From Macrostomum lignano (Eukaryota): 64,000 nucleotides of DNA. Each line of letters begins with the position of its first letter. The first letter of the stretch is position 1. A program made the position numbers and the translations under genes. The stretch covers positions 1-64,000 of the forward strand of contig NIVC01001159.1 of NCBI GenBank assembly GCA_002269645.1. The letters run 5' to 3'. Positions 1 through 43,242 of this stretch are shown here, piece by piece. Under the pieces are notes generated by a model. The model was not told the origin of the DNA. It saw only the letters and a list, made by a program, of their open reading frames with translations, and made no database searches.

Positions 1-700
1 GCGAGCGAGGGTAATCGGCCTAGACGAAGAAGTGCAACTACTCTGGGCAGAGGGACGTTTCGGAATGTCTAATCCGACGCAGCTGTGAAATACCCTGCTG
101 TACCACTTACCCCTGGTAGGTTCTGCAACCTATGCTCAGAGCGAGTGCTGAACATCGCGCGTTAGAATTCGGTGAGCGATCGCAGCTTGTGCTCGTCAAG
201 GAAAATGACACTGAATGTCTGGTGTACACCGAGCGAATGTCGAAGAACGGGAGAGTTGGTTTGCACAAGGCACAACGTTGAGCTGAAACAACCAGGATCT
301 ATTCGAATGCGACCCAGACAAATGTGTCATCACGATGTATAAGACCTACGTTCGTCACCGGCCGGAGCAATTCGGACTCAAGGGTCACTCTGCGTTCTAT
401 CTGACACCGATCAAGGCGCCGACATCTGATATATGGTATCGTATCAACCAATGGGTGTGCATACGATTGAAAACGTCGTGAAGAATCTGTTCTCTGGCAA
501 GCGATTTGAAGCCGGCACTACGACCGGACCTATCACGAACAGTAGTCTGCGTCGGACCTGCAAGACTAGGTTGGTGAAGGCGCATCAGTAAGGAAATAGC
601 AAGCCAGAAGACTGAAGATTACCGAAAAGGCTGACAGGTCCTACATCGACGTCCGTAGTCAGAGAAGACACATGTCGGCAGTACTATATGGAGAGAGCAC
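1..700 (+). mobile_element. Degenerate Crypton-type tyrosine recombinase (DUF3504 family) transposon relic, 5'-truncated by the window edge, with stops and frameshifts
   Basis: Hand translation across frames gives EEVQLLWAEGRFGMSNPTQL*NTLLYH / LRASAEHRALEFGERSQLVLVKENDTECLVYTERMSKNGRVGL / DPDKCVITMYKTYVRHRPEQ..SAFYLTPIKAPTSDIWY / QPMGVHTIENVVKNL..ITNSSLRRTCKTRLVKA / RSYIDVRSQRRHMSAVL. These blocks are collinear with the Crypton/ZMYM/KCTD1 YR domain as I recall it. Confidence 0.8.
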
Positions 701-1852
701 TGCCGCAGCCAAAACGAGCGGCGTGAGTGAGGTTGAAGAGCAATTGCCAAAGGCAACTCCAATATTTCCGGACCGCAGGCTTTGGCTCTAAGTCAACAAT
801 GGTCGCGCCCTGTACTAAACTTCTACGGGCCAACCACGATCAATTTCAGTTCCCCGACAAACAAGATGCAATAGTGATAGCAATAAAAATTGTAGACTAA
901 CGAACTAAAACAACTATAACTGACTAAACGCTTGTTTACCGTTTTAACGTTCAATAAATATACGTGTTTTTGTTTTACTATCAATTTTAAGTTTGTCTAT
1001 GGTAGCGGAGTTACCGCTACCAATAATCTCCGCGAGCTTAACACTAGGGACATAAGAAGGCGAACAGGCAAAGTTGATTAAATAATCCTTCACAAAGTTC
1101 CTTCCTAAAGTGACCTCGAAGAGCTGAAACTTGCTTAAGGCCTGGTGGTGCTTCTGACTTGGGATTGTGAAAGCATTCCAGCATGCCGAAAGGAATTGAT
1201 CAGATCAATAAGATCTGCACAGCTACGCTGGTATGCTGCCACCAGCTTTGCTACTAAAATACCGCAGCTATTTTTTCCTCTCGCTCCCCTCTACCCCTTC
1301 TCACGGGAGCAGGGGTTGAAACGTGGCAATGGAGAGAGGAAAGGAGAGAGAGCCCGAGACTGCTAGGGCCAGCTGAGACCCTGACGTCCAAATAGGCGAT
1401 CGCGGCGAGAAGAAATCGATTATTCTGATCACCCGCATATTTCGGCTTCTTGCCTCGGTCTGAGCAGCCCTTTCAGCCAGCCCCCCCCCCTCCCCAAAGT
1501 GCGTCAGACCTAGGCAGCCAAGCTGTTCAGCCTAAGAGTCGCACAAGCCTTCTGCCTCCCGCGGTGTTTTATGCGCACAGAGCTCGTACCGACTCCGTTA
1601 ACAACCCCCGCCTCTCTCCTCTCTAGACGCCTGTTGTTTGGCAGGGAACGCGCCCAAATTAGCTTTGACAACCAGCTCGATAGTTAGCTTATTCCGTCAA
1701 TAAAAGCTAGAAGCGTTACGCAGAGAGGCGCGACCAACTTTGATACAGGATTAGCGATTCTTCAACAACAGACACAGGCTATTAACAGTTTTCTAAGGAA
1801 AACTTCAAAAAAACTTTGAAGCAGAGAGCGAAGTTGCTGCAATTGTATAATC

Positions 1853-1921
1853 ATGACAAGTCAGCAGCCGCAGTCATATCCGAATCCTAGGCCGCTGAGC
1901 TATAACCAGTTTCAGCAACAA

Positions 1922-1953
<32 letters not shown>

Positions 1954-4672
1954 ACGTCAGCCTCCGCCAGTGCCAAAGAAGCCGTCAATTCGAGAGCGTC
2001 CTCCGCATCAACACGAAGACAACGGGTTCGGTCAAAGCCAACAACCGCCGCCTCATCAGCACCAACATCAGGACCCACAGCGTTTGAAGAACTCCACCCT
2101 GAGGGACGAACATCCAAACGGCACCCAGCCAGTGACGTCACCTTGGCTCAATAAGCAGTTGCAGCAAGAGAATGGTGGCGCTGAGAACGGTACTAGTTAC
2201 GCTTCTCAAGCAGCTAGACGCTCTCACCAGCCCCATGAGTCTGAGCTAGACGATCTGAAAACGGAGAACCGTGCTCAAAGCCGCGAGCTGGACACAAATC
2301 GATACATTGAACGCGAAATGAATCGCAAGCTGAAAATAGCGGACGATGCCTACATGCTGAGGCACCTGATCAAGGACAAGGAGAGACAAATCAGCAACCA
2401 GGAGAAAGTCATCGCCGACCTCACGGAGGACAATGCAAGGCTTGGTGAAGACATTGCTGACAAAGAGCGCATGATATTTCAGCTGCAGTCAGAAGTAGAC
2501 AACCTGGATCGAGTCATTGTCGCTAAGAATGCACTGAAGGAGGCTGAAAGATTGCAGGCGGTTAGCGAGGAGCTAGACAGGACCAAAGATGAACTGGCAA
2601 GCATCGAGTTGGAGGTTGATGGCGCCAAATCTGAGTTAAAAAGTCTGCAAAACCAGCTAGCGAGAAAGGAGAGAGAGGTAAGAGCAAAAAATGAGCAGAT
2701 TGAGAACCTAAACCGCGAACTTGTTGAAGCTAAGAGCTCCATCGCTAGTGCGGAGAACGAAAAAGCGGTGTCGGACAGTCACTATCGAACAGCCGAGCGC
2801 GAGAACAAGGCGCTTAAAGAGCAGGTGGACAAGCTCGCTGACTACCGCGAACGATGTCGAAACCTTGAAGAAGAGAACGCCTATATTTCTGAAGCTGTGC
2901 GAGCACTGGAAGCTAAAGTGTTCCATCTTGAGACACTTAAACGAGACAAGGAGACCCTTGAGGAACTAGTGCATGATCTGAAAATGGCCTTAAAGGACAA
3001 AAATAAAGTTTTAAAGGATCGACGAGACTTGCTAGTTGAGACCCAGCAGCTCAAGGACATGTTGCGAGAAAAGTCCACAGATGAACAGGGCCTGCAGCAG
3101 GAGTTGGGGAAGCTCAAGGATGTTCTTAACGAGCTTGAGCGTGAGAATGACTTCTACCGCGATCTTGAGACTGACTTTCACAAAATTAAGAAGCGCTACG
3201 AAGACCTAGAGCGAGACAAGTTCAAGAACGAGCTGCTTGTTGCAAAGCTGAGGCCAAAAGTTGAGCGCTTGCAAAAACGCTGCAAGGAGAAGGACGACCT
3301 GATTCGACGCCTGGCTAACGAGCTTCGCGGAGGTGGGGAGCGCTTGCCGAGGGAGCTGCTGCAGGAGGCGGATCAGAATCAGAGGAAAACTGTAGATGAC
3401 TATGTTGATCCAATCGACTACCTGGTCAACCCGGACGACACGCCGCTCTCAGAGCAGATCGTCGCAAAGTCACAGGGTCGACCCAGATCCAGTGACCAGG
3501 CACCGCTTTCACCACTGTCGCAATCGGAGCAGCAGCAGCAAAAACAGCCACAGAAGCAGCCACAAAAACAGCCTTATTACTCACCTGCCTATGAAGATCC
3601 TCCAGCGTCGCCAAAAGCCGCATACGAGCCGCGCGCTGCCACACAATACCAGCAACAACAGAAGCCGCAGCAGCAGAAGCCTGAGAGTGATTACCCAAAT
3701 TACGCTAATAATCGTGATCCACATCAACACCAGCAACCGGAAGATCCAATTAAACCTCAGTACCAGTCTCATCCGCAGCAACAGCAACCGACACGTGACG
3801 ATTCAAATGACTATCCATCACTTCGCGCCTCGCGACAGCCGCAAAATCATCCCGCTGACGATCCGTACTCGAGTCCCTATAGTCCAGCAGCTGCGGCGTA
3901 CCCTGTGCAGCCCGAACCAGTGCGACAGCGGGGCCGTTCGCCACCACAGACCAGACCTACTGCTGCCAGGTTGAGTCGCGCCGACATTGAGCCCACAAGA
4001 AATCGGCCGACACCTCGGCTGCTCGATCCGCCGATGAACGTACGCATTAGCCGCGTCCTTGGCGACGGCAGCATCATGCTGGAGTGGGAAGCGCCGCAGC
4101 TGGACAATCTGGACCGGAACCAAGGCGTTGTGGTTGCTGGCTACAGAGTGTTCGTGAATGGTGTCGAGGAGCAGACCGTGGTGAGCTGCCGCCTAACCAA
4201 GTCGCTCATTCCGAAGACTTCACTTGGCGCTCTCGTCTCACTGGGCGTTCAGACATTCGGCTACGATGGTGAAACATCGGACAAGATTGAAATACCGGCA
4301 GGCGATGCCGCTAAAGGTCGCAGTCCGGGCAGGGACGACGCCCCCATAGGCCGGCCAAGCAGCGGGCCTATGGATCCATATTACTCTTCGCCGGCGCCCA
4401 AGTATCAGTCACAGCAGTCACCGCCGCAGTTTTCACCGTCACATCTGCAGCCTCATGAGGAGCCACAGCAGCAACAGGGTGCAAAGCGACGCGCTGCTAG
4501 AGACTACCGACCGAGTGAAGAATCACCATCCGCTTTTCCCTCTTATGAACTTGAGCTGCGCCGCGGCGACGATGTTACGACGTTCGGTCCGATGCGCCCC
4601 GACGGAATGTATAACGCTGAGGTGAATGGGCACAGGGGTCTGGTGCCTGGCCAGCTGCTGGAATTGAACTGA
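1853..4672 (+). CDS. RIMBP: Intronless RIMS-binding-protein-like protein: Q/P-rich N-terminus, long coiled coil, one FN3 domain, one C-terminal SH3 (939 aa)
   Basis: Uninterrupted ORF. FN3-like segment at about 4028-4290 (PPMNVRI..IMLEWEAP..VAGYRVFVNG..VQTFGYDGETSD). RIM-BP-type SH3 at about 4484-4669 (ARDYRPSEESP..ELELRRGDDVTTFGPMRPDGMYNAEVNGHRGLVP). Confidence 0.8.
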
Positions 4673-7600
4673 TTCAGTCGATGCTGATGACTAGTAGAAA
4701 ATTATAAGCGTTTTGATGAGCTGTTTGCAGTGAACATCAAGATAGATCATTTTGAGCAGTTGGTACCAATCAAACCATTTGAATTCGTTTTTATGTACGC
4801 AGTACTTTATAATTACAGTTGTTGCAACGCAAAGAAAGATCACCAGAAAGCTCTCTACGATCTTCCATCTCATTTGCAATCTGCATCATCGATTAATTTG
4901 CTAATGCGAAGAAGAAAAACTTTACTCCAAGATTTCTGGACTTCATTAATATTAATTAAATTTCGAATTTGTGCCATTGTACAACTTTTCACTATTGTGG
5001 AATAAGCGAAACTCCTGCAATACCTTCTGAACTGGATCCAGTTCGCAAAACTTTCTCCATGCAGTCGAATTTTCGTTTCTTTGAATAATTAATTTTTCTT
5101 TGCGTTTTTAACTTTTCGATTTCTTTGCGGCTGTTTTGACATATTTTCAAATTCAAAGAAACAGATGTTTACTGTTCTCTTACGAGTATTACGGCTTTTT
5201 TGTTTGCCTTCTGTGAAGGCTAAATTGTTTTACTTATCGCAATATAAAGCTAATAAGAATTAATTCATACTTATTGAGGTAATTTGTTAAAGTAAAAGTA
5301 TGCTTTTAAGGCTGGTTCACACCTCTGACAATTGAGACATCAAATGTCAAAACAAAGCAACCGTGAAATGTCTTCTTATTGGAGAAGGCAGGGTAATGGT
5401 ATCGGAAGAAAACTCTTTTGTGTTATTTGTATCTAAAGACAATATTTTTATTTACTGATTTCTATGATGACCAGCCAACGGCTGATTAGAATACTTTGTT
5501 CAAAATATATCGAGCATGTTATCGGTTCCTGAAAAGCGTTGACTTCTTGGCTTTGACTCGTTTGTTTTCTATTGGCGAGTCATTAACTAAAAAAGCCTAA
5601 ATTTTCAACTCATTGTTTACAAAAAATACCGAAACCGCTTATTGCCAATAAGCTAATCATTAAGGTTAACTGAAAGGAACATATGCGCTATATATTACGT
5701 TGCAGATGTCTTTTTAGGACAGCTGAGAACATGGTTGCGACCTTGTCGATTCATTCGATTTATTTATTTTACTGATCTCTCCAAAAAAATCCGCCTACTT
5801 TTCAGAATAGTAACAACATAAGCCCCGGATAGCGATGTCGCCCATATTCAAAACTACGGTTATGTATTTATGGACCTGTCGATAATTCTCGATCGTTACA
5901 TATGCATAGCTAATTGCTACCAGTAGAAAGCAAAATAAATGATGGAGAATTTGCGGAGCTACTTATTCAGACAAAATTAAAGCTATCTATATGTGGTAAA
6001 AATGAAACTTTCTAACGAAAATTTCGTTAACCTGGTAATTAAAAATATTTTAACTACACAATCATGCAATTAATCAACGCTAGCTATTAAAAAACTGAAC
6101 GCTTTTTAACGAACAAGCGCACAATTGTGGCAAGTCCTTAACAACTACATTTTCAGCTTATTTTTCATATTAATGTTCTCCAAACAGTAGAGAAACGCAA
6201 ATTTTGTAATAATTAATAGTGTTAATTATTTTAAAATATAAATTTGCTCAAAACATCACACTGTTTCCTTTGGAAATGGAAACCCCATGGTCACGCATGC
6301 TACTTGCTTTCAGCACAACTGATCACATATATGTATGAGCATCATTCAGAAAGACACCATAAACTGCATATGTACTGCATTTTTTCCAACTGGAGGTTTC
6401 AATGCACACGAAATAATTGTATACCTGATTTTTTAATTAATAATGAGTTACCCGTGTACATGTACATGTGCATGTACCGTAATTCAAATTTTACACAATC
6501 AACTCTACTTTAGTAGGTAAAATTTGTAGTTGACTGGTATAACTAAAAACACTAGCATTTTAAGAACACAAACTATAATACATCTCGAAGAAATCCCGGT
6601 CTCCCCTGGTTTGTATTTATTTTAGTGAATGAAAATACACAAAAGACACAAATATTTCAATAAAACTGTAAGAGAAGGTATAGGAAAAGAGAAAAACTAA
6701 ATGATTCACAGTAAAGTCGGCAAGTGTAGTAAATATGACACAAAATTTGATAGTTATTAGCGATAAATTCCTTAATAAAATGGCGCGAAGAATTAAGACA
6801 AAGAATAAATCAGCAAGCCTGATAATAAAAGCTTGCTTAACACAGATGCGATGACAGCAACTCGACATGAGTTTTAGCAATTAGTGCTTTGGCGCCAAAA
6901 ATTTAAAGAAACCATCGGTTTCAAATACAATAGAGAAAATTATAAATAATTTGTTAAAAAGGGTGTTTTTGCTTTCTTTAATACGCGTTGGTAATTCTGC
7001 TCGATCATTGAACAATAGAAGCTAGGACTGACAAATAAAGTTTCGAATTTAAAGCAATATAACAATTCAGTTAAAAATAGCTTAATAAATATACATGGTT
7101 AGTAAAATAATGAAATTGTAGATAAAAAATGCGACAAAACGCAATTTTTTGCGCACACAGCAACGAACAGGAACAGTTTTGTCAAAAGACTGTCGCAAAG
7201 GAAATAGAAAGTTAATGAGGACATCAGCCAGACAAGATGCGTGGACAAATTTTACACCCTAAAACAAAATAACGTCACGGTTATTATATTAGGGAAAAAA
7301 ATAAAATAATTTAATGAAAAATTTATACCAGTCCAAATTACATGTAATTATTTTACTTAATGAAATAGTACAAATATAGTACAGAAACGATTACGAACAT
7401 GTACACAGACGTCACGGCACCACAAGATGAAATTATGTAACCTCCAAGCACTGTATACAAGGATTGCGTCGAACATCGAACAATACGAATGATATAGCCA
7501 TTGGATCAATTATTAAATAGGAAAATAAAAAGACAGTCACATCAGTGTTACAAAGTTCATTCACAACAGTGCTATGTGAATAATATATTGGAGTATTGAA

Positions 7601-7829
7601 TATATTCAGATACTGCTCAGATAAGCACAAAAGGATCGAACGCTAAAAAAGTAGATAAAAGTCGGGAATTTCATGGAAAAAGCTCGCGCAAATTTTGCTC
7701 AAAAAGCTATTTGCTGCAGCTGGAATCTTTGAAGATAAGCTCTGCTTTCAGTTACAAATAAGAATCAGGATAAGCTCATATTTGCAATTGACACATGGCT
7801 ACTTTTCATCGAATTCTCTGGGACTGCTC

Positions 7830-37464
<29,635 letters not shown>

Positions 37465-37552
37465 GACTGCTGCAGCTGCTGCTGTTTGGCGACTTGGCGA
37501 TTCTGAGCTGCGTCTGCGGATAATCGGGTAGTTGGGACTCGAATAATGCAAT

Positions 37553-38560
37553 GTGGGAAGTGGGATTTAGGATTTGGGAGTTGGGATTTGGGAATTGGGA
37601 TTTGGGAATTGGGATTTGGGATTTGGGATTCGGGATTTGATTTTGGGATTTGGAAATTGGGATTTGGGATTTGGGATTCGGGATTTGATTTTTGGGATTT
37701 GCAAATTGGAATTCGGGATTTGGGATTTGGGATTTGATTTTTGGGATTTGGATATTGGGATTCGGGATTTGGGATTCGGGATTTGGGATTTGAGAAATGG
37801 GATTAGACAATTGGGGTTTTTGATTTTGGATTTTGGATTGGAGAATTGGGATTCGGGATTTGGGGTTTGGGATTTGGGATTCGGGAATTAGGATTTGGGA
37901 TTCGGTAATTAGGATTTGGGATTCGGGAATTAGGATTTGGGATTCGGGAATTAGGATTTGGGATTTAGGGTTTGGGATTTGGGATTCGGGAATTAGGATT
38001 TGGGATTCGGGAATTAGGATTTGGGATTTGGAAATTGGGATTCGGGATTTAGGGTTTGGGATTTGGGATTCGGGAATTAGGATTTGGGATTTAGGGTTTG
38101 GGATTTGGGATTCGGGAATTAGGATTTGGGATTCGGGAATTAGGATTTGGGATTTGGAAATTGGGATTCGGGATTTAGGGTTTGGGATTTGGGATTCGGG
38201 AATTAGGATTTGGGATTCGGGAATTAGGATTTAGGATTTGGAAATTGGGATTCAGGATTTGGGATTTGAGATTTGAGAAATGGGATTAGACAATTGGGAT
38301 TTTGGATTTTGAATTTTGGATTTGGTAATTGGGATTTGGGGATTGAGATTTGAGAAATGGGATTAGACAATTGGGATTTTGGATTTTGGATTTTGGATTT
38401 GGTAATTGGGATTTGGGAATCGGGATTTGAGAAATGGGATTAGACAATTGGGGTTTTCGATTTTTGATTTTGGATTTGGTAATTGGGATTTGGGAATTCG
38501 GCTTTGGGATTTGAGAAATGGGATTTGGATAGGGATTTGGGGTGCAAGTTTTGGGATTTA
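37553..38560. repeat. G-rich GGGATTT/TTAGGG-like array immediately upstream of the RasGRF start codon
   Basis: Dense GGG tracts every 7-8 nt on the + strand; several TTAGGG. Confidence 0.85.
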
Positions 38561-39051
38561 GAAAACCGAATTCAAATTTTGGGATTTGTACTCGTAGTTG
38601 GAAATCCAGCTATTGGACTCAAAATTGGGACTTAAGTTCTGGTATCTGCGTATTCGAATTCGAAATTAAGATTTGAGTTCCGAGATTGGGATTTACACCT
38701 GTGTTGTGACCTCGTGCAATTTCGGTGCAAGAACTCCTATTTTCAAAGCTCGCTGCATATGCAGAATTTTCATCTGGGTTAAAAGAAGATTAGCATGAAA
38801 TCCAAAATCTTGACAAAAATTGCTGAACTTGTGCCAGCTGCACTTCCCCTGGCAACCTCTCCGTCACTTCCCGTTCTCCCTCTGACGGGATCTTCTGTGC
38901 CTAACAACTGACTTCCGCTTCCTGTCGTCTGCTTTGACTCTCTTCTCCACCTCTGTCTCCACTCTCCCTCTCTTCCTTCGCCTGTCTCATCTCTACTCTC
39001 CCTCTCTCACTTCTCCACTCTAAAACCTCTTTTCTCCACTCTCCACAATTC

Positions 39052-42000
39052 TCTTCTTCACTCTCATGGCTCTCTCTTCTTCACTCTCACAGCTCTCTCT
39101 TCTTCAATCTCACGGCTATCTCTTCTTCACTCTCACAGCTCTCTCTTCTTCACTCTCATGGCTCTCTCTTCTTCACTCTCATGGCTCTCTCTTCTTCACT
39201 CTCATGGCTCTCTCTTCTTCACTCTCACAGCTCTCTCTTCTTCAATCTCACAGCTCTCTCTTCTTCACTCTCATGGCTCTCTCTTCTTCACTCTCATGGC
39301 TCTCTCTCCTTCACTCTCACAGCTCTCTCTTCTTCACTCTCACAGCTCTCTCTTCTTCACTCTCACAGCTCTCTCTTCTTCACTCTCACAGCTCTCTCTT
39401 CTTCACTCTCACAGCTCTCTCTTCTTCACTCTCATGGCTCTCTCTTCTTCACTCTCATGGCTCTCTCTTCTTCAATCTCACGGCTATCTCTTCTTCACTC
39501 TCATGGCTCTCTCTTCTTCACTCTCATGGCTCTCTCTTCTTCACTCTCATGGCTCTCTCTTCTTCACTCTCATGGCTCTCTCTTCTTCACTCTCATGGCT
39601 CTCTCTTCTTCACTCTCATGGCTCTCTCTTCTTCACTCTCACAGCTCTCTCTTCTTCACTCTCACAGCTCTCTCTTCTTCACTCTCATGGCTCTCTCTTC
39701 TTCACTCTCACAGCTCTCTCTTCTTCACTCTCACAGCTCTCTCTTCTTCACTCTCATGGCTCTCTCTTCTTCAATCTCACAGCTCTCTCTTCTTCACTCT
39801 CACAGCTCTCTCTTCTTCACTCTCACAGCTCTCTCTTCTTCACTCTCATGGCTCTCTCTTCGTCACTCTCACAGCTCTCTCTTCTTCACTCTCATGGCTC
39901 TCTCTTCGTCACTCTCACAGCTCTCTCTTCTTCACTCTCATGGCTCTCTCTTCGTCACTCTCACAGCTCTCTCTTCTTCACTCTCATGGCTCTCTCTTCT
40001 TCACTCTCATGGCTCTCTCTTCTTCACTCTCATGGCTCTCTCTTCTTCACTCTCATGGCTCTCTCTTCTTCACTCTCATGGCTCTCTCTCCTTCACTCTC
40101 ATGGCTCTCTCTTCTTCAATCTCACGGCTATCTCTTCTTCACTCTCATGGCTCTCTCTTCGTCACTCTCACAGCTCTCTCTTCTTTACTCTCATGGCTCT
40201 CTCTTCTTCACTCTCATGGCTCTCTCTTCTTCACTCTCATGGCTCTCTCTTCTTCACTCTCATGGCTCTCTCTTCTTCACTCTCACAGCTCTCTCTTCTT
40301 CACTCTCACAGCTCTCTCTTCTTCACTCTCATGGCTCTCTCTTCTTCACTCTCACAGCTCTCTCTTCTTCACTCTCACAGCTCTCTCTTCTTCACTCTCA
40401 CAGCTCTCTCTTCTTCACTCTCATGGCTCTCTCTTCTTCACTCTCATGGCTCTCTCTTCTTCACTCTCACAGCTCTCTCTCCTTCACTCTCACAGCTCTC
40501 TCTTCTTCACTCTCATGGCTCTCTCTTCTTCACTCTCATGGCTCTCTCTTCTTTACTCTCATGGCTCTCTCTTCTTCACTCTCACAGCTCTCTCTTCTTC
40601 ACTCTCACAGCTCTCTCTCCTTCACTCTCACAGCTCTCTCTCCTTCACTCTCACAGCTCTCTCTTCGTCACTCTCACAGCTCTCTCTTCTTCACTCTCAT
40701 GGCTCTCTCTTCGTCACTCTCACAGCTCTCTCTTCTTCACTCTCACAGCTCTCTCTTCTTCACTCTCATGGCTCTCTCTTCTTCACTCTCATGGCTCTCT
40801 CTTCTTCACTCTCATGGCTATCTCTTCTTCACTCTCATGGCTCTCTCTTCTTCACTCTCATGGCTCTCTCTTCGTCACTCTCACAGCTCTCTCTTCTTCA
40901 CTCTCATGGCTCTCTCTTCGTCACTCTCACAGCTCTCTCTTCTTCACTCTCATGGCTCTCTCTTCTTCACTCTCATGGCTCTCTCTTCTTCACTCTCATG
41001 GCTCTCTCTTCTTCACTCTCATGGCTCTCTCTTCTTCACTCTCATGGCTCTCTCTTCTTCACTCTCATGGCTCTCTCTTCTTCACTCTCATGGCTCTCTC
41101 TTCTTCACTCTCACAGCTCTCTCTTCTTCACTCTCACAGCTCTCTCTTCTTCACTCTCATGGCTCTCTCTTCTTCACTCTCACAGCTCTCTCTTCTTCAC
41201 TCTCACAGCTCTCTCTTCTTCACTCTCATGGCTCTCTCTTCTTCAATCTCACAGCTCTCTCTTCTTCACTCTCACAGCTCTCTCTTCTTCACTCTCACAG
41301 CTCTCTCTTCTTCACTCTCATGGCTCTCTCTTCGTCACTCTCACAGCTCTCTCTTCTTCACTCTCATGGCTCTCTCTTCGTCACTCTCACAGCTCTCTCT
41401 TCTTCACTCTCATGGCTCTCTCTTCGTCACTCTCACAGCTCTCTCTTCTTCACTCTCATGGCTCTCTCTTCTTCACTCTCATGGCTCTCTCTTCTTCACT
41501 CTCATGGCTCTCTCTTCTTCACTCTCATGGCTCTCTCTTCTTCACTCTCATGGCTCTCTCTCCTTCACTCTCATGGCTCTCTCTTCTTCAATCTCACGGC
41601 TATCTCTTCTTCACTCTCATGGCTCTCTCTTCGTCACTCTCACAGCTCTCTCTTCTTTACTCTCATGGCTCTCTCTTCTTCACTCTCATGGCTCTCTCTT
41701 CTTCACTCTCATGGCTCTCTCTCCTTCACTCTCATGGCTCTCTCTTCTTCACTCTCACAGCTCTCTCTTCTTCACTCTCACAGCTCTCTCTTCTTCACTC
41801 TCATGGCTCTCTCTTCTTCACTCTCACAGCTCTCTCTTCTTCACTCTCACAGCTCTCTCTTCTTCACTCTCACAGCTCTCTCTTCTTCACTCTCATGGCT
41901 CTCTCTTCTTCACTCTCATGGCTCTCTCTTCTTCACTCTCACAGCTCTCTCTCCTTCACTCTCACAGCTCTCTCTTCTTCACTCTCATGGCTCTCTCTTC

Positions 42001-42567
42001 TTCACTCTCATGGCTCTCTCTTCTTTACTCTCATGGCTCTCTCTTCTTCACTCTCACAGCTCTCTCTTCTTCACTCTCACAGCTCTCTCTCCTTCACTCT
42101 CACAGCTCTCTCTCCTTCACTCTCACAGCTCTCTCTTCGTCACTCTCACAGCTCTCTCTTCTTCACTCTCATGGCTCTCTCTTCGTCACTCTCACAGCTC
42201 TCTCTTCTTCACTCTCACAGCTCTCTCTTCTTCACTCTCATGGCTCTCTCTTCTTCACTCTCATGGCTCTCTCTTCTTCACTCTCATGGCTATCTCTTCT
42301 TCACTCTCATGGCTCTCTCTTCTTCACTCTCATGGCTCTCTCTTCGTCACTCTCACAGCTCTCTCTTCTTCACTCTCATGGCTCTCTCTTCGTCACTCTC
42401 ACAGCTCTCTCTTCTTCACTCTCATGGCTCTCTCTTCTTCACTCTCATGGCTCTCTCTTCTTCACTCTCATGGCTCTCTCTTCTTCACTCTCATGGCTCT
42501 CTCTTCTTCACTCTCATGGCTCTCTCTTCTTCACTCTCATGGCTCTCTCTTCTTCACTCTCATGGCT
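39052..42567. repeat. 23-bp pyrimidine-rich satellite (CTCTCATGGCTCTCTCTTCTTCA), about 150 units, with a 1472-bp higher-order duplication
   Basis: Rare variants recur at an offset of exactly 1472. Confidence 0.95.
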
Positions 42568-43242
42568 CTTTTGTTCCCTCTCCTTATCTAATATCTTCGC
42601 TCTCACCTCTCTCTCATCTCTGCTCTCACGCACTCAATTTTACCCCTCTTATCCCATTATCTCTCTTAAAAACTGTAGCTCATCCTCATCTATCTCAACC
42701 CCCTCAGTCTCCCCCCACATCCCTGGCGCCTGGCAAGCAGAGCTGTGAAAACCACAAGATGGCTCACGAGGCTGGACTATACAGCGGCTTCACTGGGCTC
42801 TCCGGGGACGCGGGGCATCAGCTCTGGCATTTCAAAATGCCGATAATAATATGCTGTTGCTTTATACAGTGAGCCATCTCTCTGTTTTGCTGATACACCA
42901 GTACACTGAGCCGACTCTGGATGGATTTGAGCCTACTTTTCGTGATTCATCACATGGAGCAAAGTTTCTCATTTTCTGTAGCAATCACTGCTTTTTACAT
43001 TTTTTACACTTTACTTCAAATGCCATTGTTTAAAACTCTATGACTGAGTCTGGGAAAAGACTGCCAAATCTCAGCATCTGGAATGGACAGTCGCAGGGGA
43101 AAATTACGGAATACAACTGTCTATGGCCAGGCTCGATTCCAAGTGCAGTCGCATTATTTTGGGGCTAAATTGGAATCTCGGCTTGGGCCAATCCCCAAGG
43201 CACAGGGAAGTGAACATGCTTAGCGATTAAGGTAAAGTTAGG

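Noticed and set aside
1001-1021. Perfect hairpin GGTAGCGG-AGTTA-CCGCTACC as a Helitron or Crypton terminus
   Set aside because: No properly spaced CTRR end or partner terminus is identifiable in the window.
39066-42872. Three ORFs of 1136-1268 aa (ALSSSLSWLSLLHSH...)
   Set aside because: All three frames are open only because the 23-bp satellite lacks stop codons; no protein-like complexity.
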